This document shows positions 27,347 through 37,239 of a DNA stretch of 64,000 nt, piece after piece. The notes under the pieces are model-generated. The model made no database searches. It was not told the DNA's origin and saw only the letters and a program-made list of their open reading frames with translations. Each line of letters opens with the position of its first letter. The stretch's first letter is position 1. The stretch is from an uncultured Porphyromonadaceae bacterium (GTDB taxonomy: Bacteria > Bacteroidota > Bacteroidia > Bacteroidales > Muribaculaceae), in NCBI GenBank assembly GCA_900548875.1, contig URMA01000004.1, positions 6,488 to 70,487 of the forward strand. Reading direction: 5' to 3'. The position numbers were made by a program, and so were the translations under genes.

Positions 27347-28708
27347 TTGAAAAGCATTAATTACCTTTGCAAAATGATTGACAAGAACTACATATCGCAC
27401 TATAAAGCGACCATCCGGCTCGGTCTGCCCATTGTGGTAGGCCAGTTAGGTGTCATTATCCTCGGTTTTGCCGACACGATGATGGTGGGACACTACGACA
27501 CCCATTCGCTGGCGGCAGCGTCGTTTGTCAACAACCTGTTCACACTCGTCACCATCATGCTTCTGGGATTTTCCTATGGAATCACGCCCCTCGTCGGTGC
27601 GCTGTTTTCACAATGTAAATTCTTCAAGGTCGGCGAAACGGTCAGAAATGCCCTGATAGCCAACAGCATTTATGGCATTCTGCTCACCGGAATCATGCTG
27701 GTGCTCTACTTTTTCATCGACCGCATGGGACAACCGGCTGAACTGCTGTCACTTATCCGTCCCTACTATATCACCATACTCATTTCCATGATTTTTGTCG
27801 TCGTATTCAACGTGTTCCGACAGTTTACCGACGGCATCATGCGCACCTCCATTGCCATGTGGATACTGATAGGCGGCAACATACTGAACATCGTGTTCAA
27901 CTATCTGCTCATCTACGGAAAATTCGGTTTTCCCGAATGGGGACTGCTCGGCGCCGGTATCAGCACGTTGGGTTCACGCATCGTCATGGCACTTGTATAT
28001 GCACTGTTGTTCCTGTCAGCCAAAGCGTTCGCCGGCTATCGCGAAGGATTCTTCAGAGGGCAGACACATCCCGACAGCATCCTGACAATAGCGCGCATAT
28101 CTACGCCCGTCTCCCTGCAAATGGGCATGGAAACAGGCTCGTTCACCATCAGCGCCATCATGGTTGGCTGGTTAGGCGCCATTGAGCTGGCAAGCTACCA
28201 GGTGATGGTCACCATCGGCACATTGGGATTCATGTTCTACTACAGCATCGGAGCGGCCATTGCCATCCGCATCTCGTCATTTATGGGAGCCGCCGACATG
28301 AAGGGAGTGAAAATGGCGGCAACGTCGGGCTATCATATTCTGCTGCTGCTCGGTGCCATCGCCTCCACCGTATTTTTCACGCTCGACGACGAACTGATAT
28401 CCATCTTTTCCGACGACGAAGCCGTACGCACCATGGCAGCCACGCTCATCGCTCCGCTGATACTCTATCAGTTTGGCGACGCCACGCAAATCTGCTTTGC
28501 CAACGCCCTGCGCGGCACTTCACATGTCGTTTCGATGATTTGGATTGCATTTTTCAGCTATATGGTCGTAGGGATTCCTACCGCCTACCTGCTGGGATTT
28601 CCGCTCGGTTTCGGAGAAAAAGGCATCTTTTATTCCTTCTCGGCCGGTTTATTTACCGCCGCCATTCTCTTCTATCTGCAATTCAGGAAAGTGACACGCT
28701 TGGGTTAA
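27347..28708 (+). CDS. MATE-family efflux transporter (second paralog)
   Basis: The N-terminal motif is LGLPIVVGQLGVIILGFADTMMVGH, and there are 12 TM helices. An alternative start is the Met at 27374. Confidence 0.8.
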   Translation: MKSINYLCKMIDKNYISHYKATIRLGLPIVVGQLGVIILGFADTMMVGHYDTHSLAAASFVNNLFTLVTIMLLGFSYGITPLVGALFSQCKFFKVGETVRNALIANSIYGILLTGIMLVLYFFIDRMGQPAELLSLIRPYYITILISMIFVVVFNVFRQFTDGIMRTSIAMWILIGGNILNIVFNYLLIYGKFGFPEWGLLGAGISTLGSRIVMALVYALLFLSAKAFAGYREGFFRGQTHPDSILTIARISTPVSLQMGMETGSFTISAIMVGWLGAIELASYQVMVTIGTLGFMFYYSIGAAIAIRISSFMGAADMKGVKMAATSGYHILLLLGAIASTVFFTLDDELISIFSDDEAVRTMAATLIAPLILYQFGDATQICFANALRGTSHVVSMIWIAFFSYMVVGIPTAYLLGFPLGFGEKGIFYSFSAGLFTAAILFYLQFRKVTRLG

Positions 28709-29415
28709 AACCACAGCGAGAACTGCTGCAACGGCAATTTCCGATTGGCTACGATTACCCCTATTTTCCCATTGGTAAAACTCATGCCGTACTCCATGGA
28801 ACGGACCACTCCCGACCACAAGCTGTAGACTTCGGAACTGGAAGCCATGTTGCGCATGACTATCACTCCGTTTCGGCCAACTACCGTCTGAAGGAATTGG
28901 GCCACAGCCGGAAGATTGTCGGCCGCCACGGCATTGACAATGACAAACGGACGTTCCACCACCTGCAAATAGTTGCTGATACAGTCATCGACATTACCGA
29001 ACGCATGAATGCGCGCACTGTTTCCTTGCACCACGTCCTTCACAATCGAATATTCCCTTGCTTTGGGCTCCAACAGCCACAGCTGCGACTTGCTGGATGC
29101 CGACAAGGCACAAATGGCCGAAACCCCATAATTCGAGCCAAATTGAATGATGGCAGTAGGGTTGAAGAAATTTACCACCCGGAAAATCAGCCGGGCATTT
29201 TTATTCGACAGCACCTTCCGGCTGCTGATGCCCTCCTCCACCATGCGCACGAGCGCCAGATTCCGCCCGTCGCGTATCGTCTGATAGGCATAGTAGCCCG
29301 ACCGCTCGCGCAACACCTTGAGCACAAAACGGAAAGCAAAGGGTGAATGGATTCCATACCCTTTGCTTCTACGGTAACGGTCGAGTGCCGTGTAATATCT
29401 TTTGATTCTCAACAT
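28705..29415 (-). CDS. Hypothetical protein, possibly a Rossmann-like methyltransferase-fold protein, translationally coupled to the YfhO gene
   Basis: This is an ORF-only call. It lies 4 nt downstream of the YfhO gene on the same strand. No confident motif was found. Confidence 0.35.
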   Translation of the reverse strand: MLRIKRYYTALDRYRRSKGYGIHSPFAFRFVLKVLRERSGYYAYQTIRDGRNLALVRMVEEGISSRKVLSNKNARLIFRVVNFFNPTAIIQFGSNYGVSAICALSASSKSQLWLLEPKAREYSIVKDVVQGNSARIHAFGNVDDCISNYLQVVERPFVIVNAVAADNLPAVAQFLQTVVGRNGVIVMRNMASSSEVYSLWSGVVRSMEYGMSFTNGKIGVIVANRKLPLQQFSLWF

Positions 29416-29418
29416 CCG

Positions 29419-31998
29419 CTATTCTTTCTTTTTACAGCAGCCTCCCCTGCCCAGCAGCAGGAACGCGCCGATTAAAGCCAGATAAATCAGCACAACGGAA
29501 GCATAGGCAATAGTTTCTGTCGTGTGAACCGACTGCGGATCAAAGCGGAATACCACCGCATGTTCTCCAGCCGGAAGCTGTAAGGCACGGAGCACGTAGT
29601 TGACCCGGCCGACAGGCACTTCCTTGCCGTCGACAGTAGCCGTCCAGCCCCACGGGAAATAGATTTCAGAAAATACCGCCAGTCCGCCGTTGCGGCTTAT
29701 CGTCTTATAATGGAGTTCGTTCGGCTTATAAACGGTTTCAATAATCGTATCGCCCGGCATAACGGTCTTCGCTTCGCCCAGCACGGAGCGGAACGACTCG
29801 TCGGCAACGGCTCCGACAGCCGTATGCAGCGTGTCGAGCACTGCCATTTCAGCCTGCGCGCCTTTCACATACGTCACTTTGTCGACAAACCAGCCATTTC
29901 CGAGTGCTTCAGGATTGACGTGGGCAGTCGTATCGTCGACGATCAGATATTTGGCGTTCAGCATGTTCAGCACCTCTATGTTGTTTTTGGAAATCTGACG
30001 GTCGATCAAATCCTGATAACGGGTAAGCTTCGCGGCATGGTAACCGCCGATACACTTGTGGAAATACGACGGCATGGCATCGCCAAAACGCGTGAGATCC
30101 ATGACACGGTAGTTCATCGCCGTATCCTTCAGAATCTGCAAGTCTACCGGGCGCGGCTCTATTGTCTGCTGCGCCATCAGCGGCTTCATGGAGAACGACT
30201 TCGTATTGAGATAACGCTTGTCAACCGGATACATATCAATCAGCACCACCACAAGCAACGCTCCACACAGTGCCTCTTTCTTCAAAATGTTCTTGAAATA
30301 CAGCCAGAAGAGACCGGCACCGATAACCAGGAACACAAAACTACGCAACGCATCGGCACTGACCATCGACATGCGGGCGTCCTGAAGGCTTGCATACAGC
30401 GGACTCAGGTCGTAGCCCTGTGCCGAATATTCGGCAAACATGTCTGCCTCCATCTGCGAAATGCCGCTTCCAAACACGCTCGGCACCATCATGCCCAACA
30501 GGCAGAAGAAAATGGAAATGCCGAAAGAAGCAAAGAATTCCTTCGAATGAAGCTTGAAGAAATCGGGTGTCGTCACAATTTTCTGCAAGGCAAGTGCCGC
30601 CAGCAAAGGCATCGTGAATTCGGCTATCACGAGAATGCTCGCCACCGTACGGAACTTGTTGTACAACGGGAAATAGTCGATAAACAAGTCGGTGAGCCAC
30701 ATCATGTTGTGTCCCCACGACAATGCCACCGACAGCACAGTGACGATGAAAAGTGCCCATTTCACAGGACCCTTCACGATGAAAAGGCCTAAAATGAACA
30801 GTGCAAAAATCAGTGCACCCACATATACCGGCCCGTTGGTCATCGGCTGGTCGCCGAAATACTGCGGGAACATTTGCAGGTTACTGTATGTCTGATAGTC
30901 GATTTTTCCTTTCTGATAATCCTCTTTCACCTTCTCGACATCGGCCATCGAGGTCTGCAAGTTCTCGCCGTCGGTCGGAATAATCGTCGCACCGCCCTTG
31001 ATGTTGGGTATCAGCAACGAGAAAGTTTCGCTGAGGCCATAGCTCCATTGCGTGATATAATCCTTGTCGAGACCTCCCTTCGTGGTGTTGGAAGTGGCTT
31101 CAGCCAGTTCCGAATGGCCTCCGCGCATGGTCTGCTTGCTGTACTCATACGTGTTGTAAAGGCTCGGCAAATTGGCGCCGACAGCCAGCAGAGCCGCAAC
31201 GACCAGTACCCCCGTGGCCTTAGCCCATTTTTTCAAGGTCTTTGCACGCTTGTGTTCCACAAAGAAGGCAATGACCAGCGCCACGATGACAAACAGGAAA
31301 TAGTAGGTCATCTGAATATGGTTGGCGGCAATCTGAAGCATGGCAAAAAATGCGGCAAGCACACCGCCACCGACATATTTGCCCCGATAGCAGAGAATTA
31401 TGCCCGCAATTGTAGGCGGAACGTAAGCCAACGTGGAGAATTTCCAGATATGTCCGGCACCGATAATGATGAAGAAATACGACGAGAATCCATAAGCAAT
31501 CGCCCCCAAAAGCGCCACATACCAGCGGGTTCGCATGGCGAGCATCAGGATATAGAAGCCGAGCATCATGATAAATACCAGATTGGCCGGATTCGGCAGC
31601 CAAAGGCTGTAGGCGCGTTCTACGCTGGAAATCAGTTTGGAACTTCCGTAGGATGGCGAAATCTGGAACGTAGGCATACCGGAAAACAGCGAGTTGGTCC
31701 AGCGTGTGGTTTCGCCGGTCGCTTCCGCAAAAGCCGCCGCTTCATGACCGTTGGCCACGCCCTGCATCGTATCATGCTGACGGAGCACATTTCCTTCAAA
31801 CACATCCGGATAGAAGTAGACGAGCGTTATCACAAGAAGAATACCCACGCCCAACAGCGAGCGCAGAAATCCTTTGCTCCCGAACAGGCGGCGGAAACCG
31901 CATCCGCATGTCTTCGGTTCTTTATTTTCTTTCTTTTCTACGGACTCCATATTACTTCGTTTTAAAAATTCATCGTAAAAGTACACAAAAGCCGCCAA
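29419..31998 (-). CDS. YfhO-family integral membrane protein (putative membrane glycosyltransferase)
   Basis: It is ~850 aa. About 13 TM helices lie in the N-terminal two thirds and a soluble domain forms the C-terminus. Size and topology are typical of YfhO. The start may be the downstream Met (MESVEKK, 31950). Confidence 0.65.
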   Translation of the reverse strand: MAAFVYFYDEFLKRSNMESVEKKENKEPKTCGCGFRRLFGSKGFLRSLLGVGILLVITLVYFYPDVFEGNVLRQHDTMQGVANGHEAAAFAEATGETTRWTNSLFSGMPTFQISPSYGSSKLISSVERAYSLWLPNPANLVFIMMLGFYILMLAMRTRWYVALLGAIAYGFSSYFFIIIGAGHIWKFSTLAYVPPTIAGIILCYRGKYVGGGVLAAFFAMLQIAANHIQMTYYFLFVIVALVIAFFVEHKRAKTLKKWAKATGVLVVAALLAVGANLPSLYNTYEYSKQTMRGGHSELAEATSNTTKGGLDKDYITQWSYGLSETFSLLIPNIKGGATIIPTDGENLQTSMADVEKVKEDYQKGKIDYQTYSNLQMFPQYFGDQPMTNGPVYVGALIFALFILGLFIVKGPVKWALFIVTVLSVALSWGHNMMWLTDLFIDYFPLYNKFRTVASILVIAEFTMPLLAALALQKIVTTPDFFKLHSKEFFASFGISIFFCLLGMMVPSVFGSGISQMEADMFAEYSAQGYDLSPLYASLQDARMSMVSADALRSFVFLVIGAGLFWLYFKNILKKEALCGALLVVVLIDMYPVDKRYLNTKSFSMKPLMAQQTIEPRPVDLQILKDTAMNYRVMDLTRFGDAMPSYFHKCIGGYHAAKLTRYQDLIDRQISKNNIEVLNMLNAKYLIVDDTTAHVNPEALGNGWFVDKVTYVKGAQAEMAVLDTLHTAVGAVADESFRSVLGEAKTVMPGDTIIETVYKPNELHYKTISRNGGLAVFSEIYFPWGWTATVDGKEVPVGRVNYVLRALQLPAGEHAVVFRFDPQSVHTTETIAYASVVLIYLALIGAFLLLGRGGCCKKKE

Positions 31999-32097
31999 AC
32001 AGCAAAAAACGCAACTGCATATCAGGCTGTTTGGGGCAAAAAAAGTCCTCTCGCGGCCGGCAAGAGGACAAAATCGGCTAAAATTCGCCGCTATGCG

Positions 32098-32568
32098 TTA
32101 TTTTCCGTCTTGAAACTGAATAGGAATTTCGCGGTTCATGCTCTGGTCAAGCGAAATCAGCGTTTCAGTAGCCACAACGCCATGAATCATCTGAATCTTG
32201 TCGTTGAGCAGTTCCATCAGATGCTGGTTGTCGCGGGCATAAAGCTTGATAAGCATCGTGTACGGACCGGTCGTAAAGTGACATTCCACCACTTCCGGAA
32301 TCTTTTCCAATTCCGGCACCACATCCTTATACATGGAACCCTTTTCAAGTTTCACTCCGATATATGTACATGTAGCATATCCCAACACTTTCGGATTCAC
32401 ATGGTAGCCCGAACCGGTGATGACCTTCAAGTCAATCATCCGTTGGATGCGCTGATGAATCGCCGCGCGCGAAACGCCGCAGACTACAGCCACATCTTTC
32501 GACGGGATACGTGCATTTTTCATTACTATTTCAAGTATTTTTCGATCAAGATTGTCTATTTTTTCCAT
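32098..32568 (-). CDS. Lrp/AsnC-family transcriptional regulator
   Basis: The N-terminal HTH (..LDRKILEIVMKNARIPSKDVAVVCGVSRAAIHQRIQRM..) is followed by a C-terminal RAM domain. The start was set at MEKIDNL to give the typical ~156 aa length. Confidence 0.85.
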   Translation of the reverse strand: MEKIDNLDRKILEIVMKNARIPSKDVAVVCGVSRAAIHQRIQRMIDLKVITGSGYHVNPKVLGYATCTYIGVKLEKGSMYKDVVPELEKIPEVVECHFTTGPYTMLIKLYARDNQHLMELLNDKIQMIHGVVATETLISLDQSMNREIPIQFQDGK

Positions 32569-32795
32569 TTGTTCTCTAATTTTATTCGCAAATATATAGC
32601 ATTTTTTCATAAAAACCACCATAATTGTTTACAAAATATCACGATTATGCGCAAAAACATACAAATTCTGCGGTTTTTTGCCGATTCGGCACGATTTTAA
32701 TCAGTAAAATTCTTTTTTCCCGATTTTTTCATTTTGCTATTTCAAAAAAGTATACCTTTGTCGTCGATTTGTTTTAGGTATAAATTTTTGACATT

Positions 32796-33146
32796 ATGGT
32801 ATTCCAATGCGCTATTATTTTTGGCTGCCTGGCACTGGGCGAACTCATCGTCTGGGCAACAGGCATCAAATTGCCGTCAAGTATCATCGGCATGCTGCTG
32901 CTGACACTTTTCCTGCAATTGAAGTGGATTAAGCTTCGTTGGGTGGAAGGCATTTCCAACTTCCTCGTGAAAAATCTCGGATTCTTTTTCGTTCCGCCGG
33001 GTGTAGCCCTCATGCTCTACCTCGACATCATCAAGGCACAGCTCATCCCTATCCTCGTTGCCTCGATTGTGAGCATGATCATTGTCATTGTTGTTACCGG
33101 ATGGATTCACCAACTCGTCAGAAAATTTCAAAATGGAATACATTAA
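32796..33146 (+). CDS. lrgA: CidA/LrgA-family holin-like protein
   Basis: The protein is 116 aa with 4 TM helices and a typical LrgA sequence. It is divergent from the Lrp-family regulator. Confidence 0.8.
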   Translation: MVFQCAIIFGCLALGELIVWATGIKLPSSIIGMLLLTLFLQLKWIKLRWVEGISNFLVKNLGFFFVPPGVALMLYLDIIKAQLIPILVASIVSMIIVIVVTGWIHQLVRKFQNGIH

Positions 33147-33828
33147 CAACCCCTACTTCCTGCTTGCGCTCACTTTCTGCATCTACGCCATAGCGCAAAT
33201 CATCCAAGTGCGTACACACAGCTCGCTGTTCAACCCGATTCTGGTGACCATCGCACTAATTATCGTTTTCCTGCTTTTCAACGACATCTCGTTTGAAACC
33301 TATACCAAAGCCGGACACTATATCGAGTTCTGGCTGAAGCCGGCAGTAGTTGCGCTCGGCGTGCCTCTTTACAAGCAGTTGTCCACCATCCGCAAACAGA
33401 TTTTGCCCATTATGCTTTCAGCGTTGGGCGGCTGTATTGCCGGTGTCATCTCCGTCGTGCTCATAGCCGACCTGTTCGGAGCATCACGTGAAGTCGTGAT
33501 GTCGCTCGCCGCCAAATCAGTGACCACACCGATTGCCATGGAGGTAACGGCTTCGTTGGGCGGCATTCCGTCGCTGACGGCCGCCGTCGTAGTCAGCATC
33601 GGCATTTTCGGAGGTTTGACAGGATTCAGCGTCATGCGCCTGTCGCATGTCAACAGCCCTATCGCCCAAGGGCTTTCGCTCGGAACGGCCGCCCACGCCG
33701 TAGGAACTTCGCGTGCCATCACCGTCAGCGACCGCTACGGAGCATTCGCCAGCCTCGGCCTTACCCTCAACGGCATTTTCACAGCCCTGCTCACACCAAC
33801 GATCCTCCGATTGTTGGGATATTTTTAA
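33133..33828 (+). CDS. lrgB: LrgB-family (CidB/LrgB) membrane protein
   Basis: It overlaps the lrgA stop by 14 nt and has ~7 TM helices. The start was chosen at MEYINNPYF. Confidence 0.8.
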   Translation: MEYINNPYFLLALTFCIYAIAQIIQVRTHSSLFNPILVTIALIIVFLLFNDISFETYTKAGHYIEFWLKPAVVALGVPLYKQLSTIRKQILPIMLSALGGCIAGVISVVLIADLFGASREVVMSLAAKSVTTPIAMEVTASLGGIPSLTAAVVVSIGIFGGLTGFSVMRLSHVNSPIAQGLSLGTAAHAVGTSRAITVSDRYGAFASLGLTLNGIFTALLTPTILRLLGYF

Positions 33829-33919
33829 ACCAACCTCTATCCATACAAATACAGATGCGGCAACTACCATTCATCGATGATAGCTGCCGCACGTTGTATT
33901 CTATAAATTCGTTTCGGGT

Positions 33920-34930
33920 TTAAATTTCTATCAATTCGTCGTAGCCGAAATCGCGGATGGCGGTTGTGCCGATGACGCTGTCCCAACGCATGGGGCTGAT
34001 GCCGTTGCCGGGGCGTTTTGTGGTGATGTTCTCTTCGGTCAGCACTTCCCCCTTGCGGATATCGCGCGCCGCCACGATACTCTTGCGGGCAATGTCCATA
34101 TTCTTCCGTTCCGAAGGGCTGACATGCTTGTGGCCGTCGCCCAACGCCTGCTCAATGTTGCGGATGGCGTCGACCATTGCTTTCAGTTCGTCGGGTTCGA
34201 GCGAAGCCTTGTGGTCAGGGCCTTCCATCGTCTTGTCGAGCGTAAAGTGCTTTTCAATCACCCTTGCACCCAATGCCACGGCGGCTATCGGCACTTCAAT
34301 GCCTTTCGTATGGTCGGAATAGCCTACCTCCACGCCCAGCGAACGGCGCAAATCGTCCATGGCACGCAGATTGACATCACACATCGGTGTCGGATACTCC
34401 GTATTGCAATGAAGCACAATGACATCGCTGCGCTTCACTCCGCCCTGCTCCAGCACCTGCAACGCCGCTTCCACTTCCTCGATCTCGCACATGCCGGTAG
34501 AAAGAATCACCGGACGGTGTTTCGACGCAATTTTGCGGAGATACGGCAAATTGGTGATTTCGCCCGAAGGAATCTTGTAATAGTCCATGTCGAGCGGCTC
34601 CAGCACGTCAATCGAAACGAGGTCGAACGGCGTACTCATGAAACCGATGCCCACCTTGTCGCAGTATTCCTTCAGCGGCTTGTAGTCGGTAAGCGGCAGG
34701 TGGATGGCCTTGCACATCTCCAACTGACTCTCGGCGGCACCCGTCGTTTCCTTCTGATATTCCGCTTTCGGAGCAAAGGTGGAAATCACCAGTTCGGGTT
34801 TTGCTGTCTGAAATTTCACATAGTCGGCGCCGGCACGCTTCGCCTCGTCGACCATTTTTATTGCCAGTTCATAGCTGCCGTTGTGGTTCACACCGGCTTC
34901 GGCTATGATAATTACTTTCTTATTGTTCAT
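33920..34930 (-). CDS. NeuB-family nonulosonic acid synthase (N-acetylneuraminate / pseudaminic / legionaminic acid synthase-like) with C-terminal SAF domain
   Basis: The N-terminus is ..VIIIAEAGVNHNGS... A TIM-barrel NeuB core is followed by a C-terminal antifreeze-like (SAF) region. Length is 336 aa. Confidence 0.85.
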   Translation of the reverse strand: MNNKKVIIIAEAGVNHNGSYELAIKMVDEAKRAGADYVKFQTAKPELVISTFAPKAEYQKETTGAAESQLEMCKAIHLPLTDYKPLKEYCDKVGIGFMSTPFDLVSIDVLEPLDMDYYKIPSGEITNLPYLRKIASKHRPVILSTGMCEIEEVEAALQVLEQGGVKRSDVIVLHCNTEYPTPMCDVNLRAMDDLRRSLGVEVGYSDHTKGIEVPIAAVALGARVIEKHFTLDKTMEGPDHKASLEPDELKAMVDAIRNIEQALGDGHKHVSPSERKNMDIARKSIVAARDIRKGEVLTEENITTKRPGNGISPMRWDSVIGTTAIRDFGYDELIEI

Positions 34931-35876
34931 CGTTGAAAAACATTACTTCACTGAAATAGCGTGCCATCAGCGCACGGTCGCGCCAGTTGTGGCACGGGGC
35001 TGCCTTTTCGCCGGCAGCTTCGGCAAGCAGCATCGACGGGATGTCGGCACCGGCATGGATGGAACAAACCACACCGCCTCCCAGCCGCGGATTGATTTCC
35101 ATCAGCAGATAGCGGCCCGTAGCCTTGTCGAAAAGAAACTGCAACGTGACAGGTCCACGGAAGCCCAACCGACGCAAAATCGAGTCGGAAGCCTCCAGAA
35201 GTTCGTCGATGCGGCGTGTTTCCGTACGGTCGACTTCGCCGCCGGAGGTGGAAATACGGATACGCGGAACGGCACACAGCACTTCGCCGTCGACCGTCGA
35301 CACGTAACAGTCCACCGTATATTCTTCTCTGTCGGCAATGTATTCCTGAATCAGATAACGGTCGAAATGTCCCACTTTCTCCAGTTCCTCCTGGCTGTTC
35401 ACCACCACAATGCCCTTTGAGGCCGACCCTTCGCGCGGCTTCATGATGGCCGGGAAACGGCAATTGTCGGGTGTATAGGTTTCGGGGATGCGGATGCCTT
35501 CCCTGACAAAGAGTTCGGCCGCCACCGCCTTGTCGAACATGGCATGCGCCACCTCGAACGGCGACACAGGCACAAACACCTGCGGACAGCGTTCCTTCAG
35601 TCGGGAAGCTACCTCAATGGCACCGTCGACAAACGGCAGAACGATGTCGACCGCCTCGTCGGCCACCGTCTGTACCAGATGGTCGAGCGCATCGGCATCG
35701 CGCCAACGGCGGCCCGCAATGATGCGTCCTTCGCAGGCGATAGGCACCGTCGGGATAATTTCATAGCTGAGAATAACGACTTCCACTCCCCGCCGACGTC
35801 CGGCTTCCTTCAGCAGCCGCGCCAGCGAAACGCGCTTCGCGCCGCCCAGCATCAATATCGTGACCTTTCCGTTCAT
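34920..35876 (-). CDS. ATP-grasp domain protein (carbamoyl-phosphate-synthase-L-like)
   Basis: The motif pattern is ATP-grasp (..KPREGSASKGIVVV.., ..EYTVDCY..). It overlaps the NeuB start by 11 nt. The start was chosen at MNGKVTIL. Confidence 0.65.
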   Translation of the reverse strand: MNGKVTILMLGGAKRVSLARLLKEAGRRRGVEVVILSYEIIPTVPIACEGRIIAGRRWRDADALDHLVQTVADEAVDIVLPFVDGAIEVASRLKERCPQVFVPVSPFEVAHAMFDKAVAAELFVREGIRIPETYTPDNCRFPAIMKPREGSASKGIVVVNSQEELEKVGHFDRYLIQEYIADREEYTVDCYVSTVDGEVLCAVPRIRISTSGGEVDRTETRRIDELLEASDSILRRLGFRGPVTLQFLFDKATGRYLLMEINPRLGGGVVCSIHAGADIPSMLLAEAAGEKAAPCHNWRDRALMARYFSEVMFFNDEQ

Positions 35877-36850
35877 CGGTTGTAGATATCGTATTTGTAT
35901 TTGGCAAGATTTTCCGGATTGGAGAACCATTCAATGGTTTCCTTCAGCCCGTCGGCAAGCGAGTACTGCGGCCGCCAGTCGGTCAGGCTACAGATTTTCG
36001 TATTGTCGCCGAACAGGCGGAACACTTCCGAATTTTTCGGACGGATACGCGCCGGGTCCTGCACCCAGGTAATGTCGGCCCCCATCAGTTCGGCGATGAG
36101 GTTCAGCGTGTCCTGCATCGAAATCTCACTTTTGCTGCAAATGTTGATTTCCTGTCCTTCGATTCCTGCAGTTCGGGCAAGGGCGATAAAGCCACGGCAA
36201 GTGTCCTTCACATAGTTGAAGTCGCGTGTCGGTGTCAAGTCGCCCACCTTTATTTCGCGCACGCCGTTGGCAATCTGCGTGATAATCGTAGGAATAATGG
36301 CGCGTGCCGACTGGCGCGGACCGTAGGTATTGAACGGCCGGGCCACTACTACCGGCAGATTGAACGCATTGTGGAAACTCTCAGCAATCGCGTCCGCCCC
36401 GATTTTCGTAGCCGAATAGGGCGACTGCGGCTGCTTCGGATGCTTCTCGTCGATAGGCACATAGCGGGCCGTGCCGTAGACTTCGGAGGTGGAAGTGACA
36501 ATCAGCCGTTCCACTCCGGCTTCACGTGCCGCCTGACAGATATTGAGCGTGCCTTTGATATTCGTGTCCACATAGCTGTCGGGAGCCACATAGCTGTAAG
36601 GAATGGCAATCAGTGCGGCAAGGTGGAATATCGTGTCACAGCCACGAGCCGCCTCACGGCAGAAGTTCGGGTCGCGCACGTCGCCGCTCAGCACTTCCAG
36701 ATTTTCGTGCTTTATGCCGTCGAGCCAACCCCAATAGTTAAACGAGTTGTAAACACTCAAAGCCTTCACTTCACAACCTTCTGCAAGGAGCATCTCCGTC
36801 AGGTGTGAGCCGATAAAACCGTCGGCACCGGTCACCAATACTTTTTTCAT
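35873..36850 (-). CDS. SDR-family NAD-dependent sugar epimerase/dehydratase
   Basis: GADGFIGSH is a Rossmann motif and YxxxK (YSATK) is the catalytic motif. The 325 aa length is typical of NDP-sugar 4,6-dehydratase/epimerase enzymes. Confidence 0.8.
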   Translation of the reverse strand: MKKVLVTGADGFIGSHLTEMLLAEGCEVKALSVYNSFNYWGWLDGIKHENLEVLSGDVRDPNFCREAARGCDTIFHLAALIAIPYSYVAPDSYVDTNIKGTLNICQAAREAGVERLIVTSTSEVYGTARYVPIDEKHPKQPQSPYSATKIGADAIAESFHNAFNLPVVVARPFNTYGPRQSARAIIPTIITQIANGVREIKVGDLTPTRDFNYVKDTCRGFIALARTAGIEGQEINICSKSEISMQDTLNLIAELMGADITWVQDPARIRPKNSEVFRLFGDNTKICSLTDWRPQYSLADGLKETIEWFSNPENLAKYKYDIYNR

Positions 36851-37041
36851 ATTGCAGCTATTATTCTTTTTATGCCCTAAAATTAATCATAACTGCCGAC
36901 AATTCGGGCAAGCAACCCCTCAAAAATGGATAAAAACGCTCAAATGCCCACTTTTTTCACCTCCGCGCAAAAAAAGTAGCCGAAAAATTTGGCAGTTCCA
37001 CAAAAGCGCCCTACCTTTGCAAAGCATTTGAAAAAATGTCT

Positions 37042-37116
37042 TCGGGGTGTAGCGCAGTCCGGTTAGCGCACCTGCTTTGGGAGCAGGGGGTCCCAAGTTC
37101 GAATCTTGGTACCCCG
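37042..37116 (+). tRNA. tRNA-Pro (anticodon TGG)
   Basis: The cloverleaf folds by hand. The acceptor stem is cggggtg/taccccg and the D-arm is gcgc/gcgc. The anticodon stem cctgc/gcagg carries the loop ttTGGga. The T-arm is ccaag-ttcgaat-cttgg. The discriminator is A and CCA is not encoded. Confidence 0.85.
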
Positions 37117-37239
37117 ACAATGAACGACTTAACAGCAATGTTGAGTCGTTTTTTGTTTATCTCCCCCTTTCAACGGATCAACGTTCTCGCACCAATTATG
37201 GGTCAACGTAAAAATCTGAGGGGAAATTTAAGGAAATAG

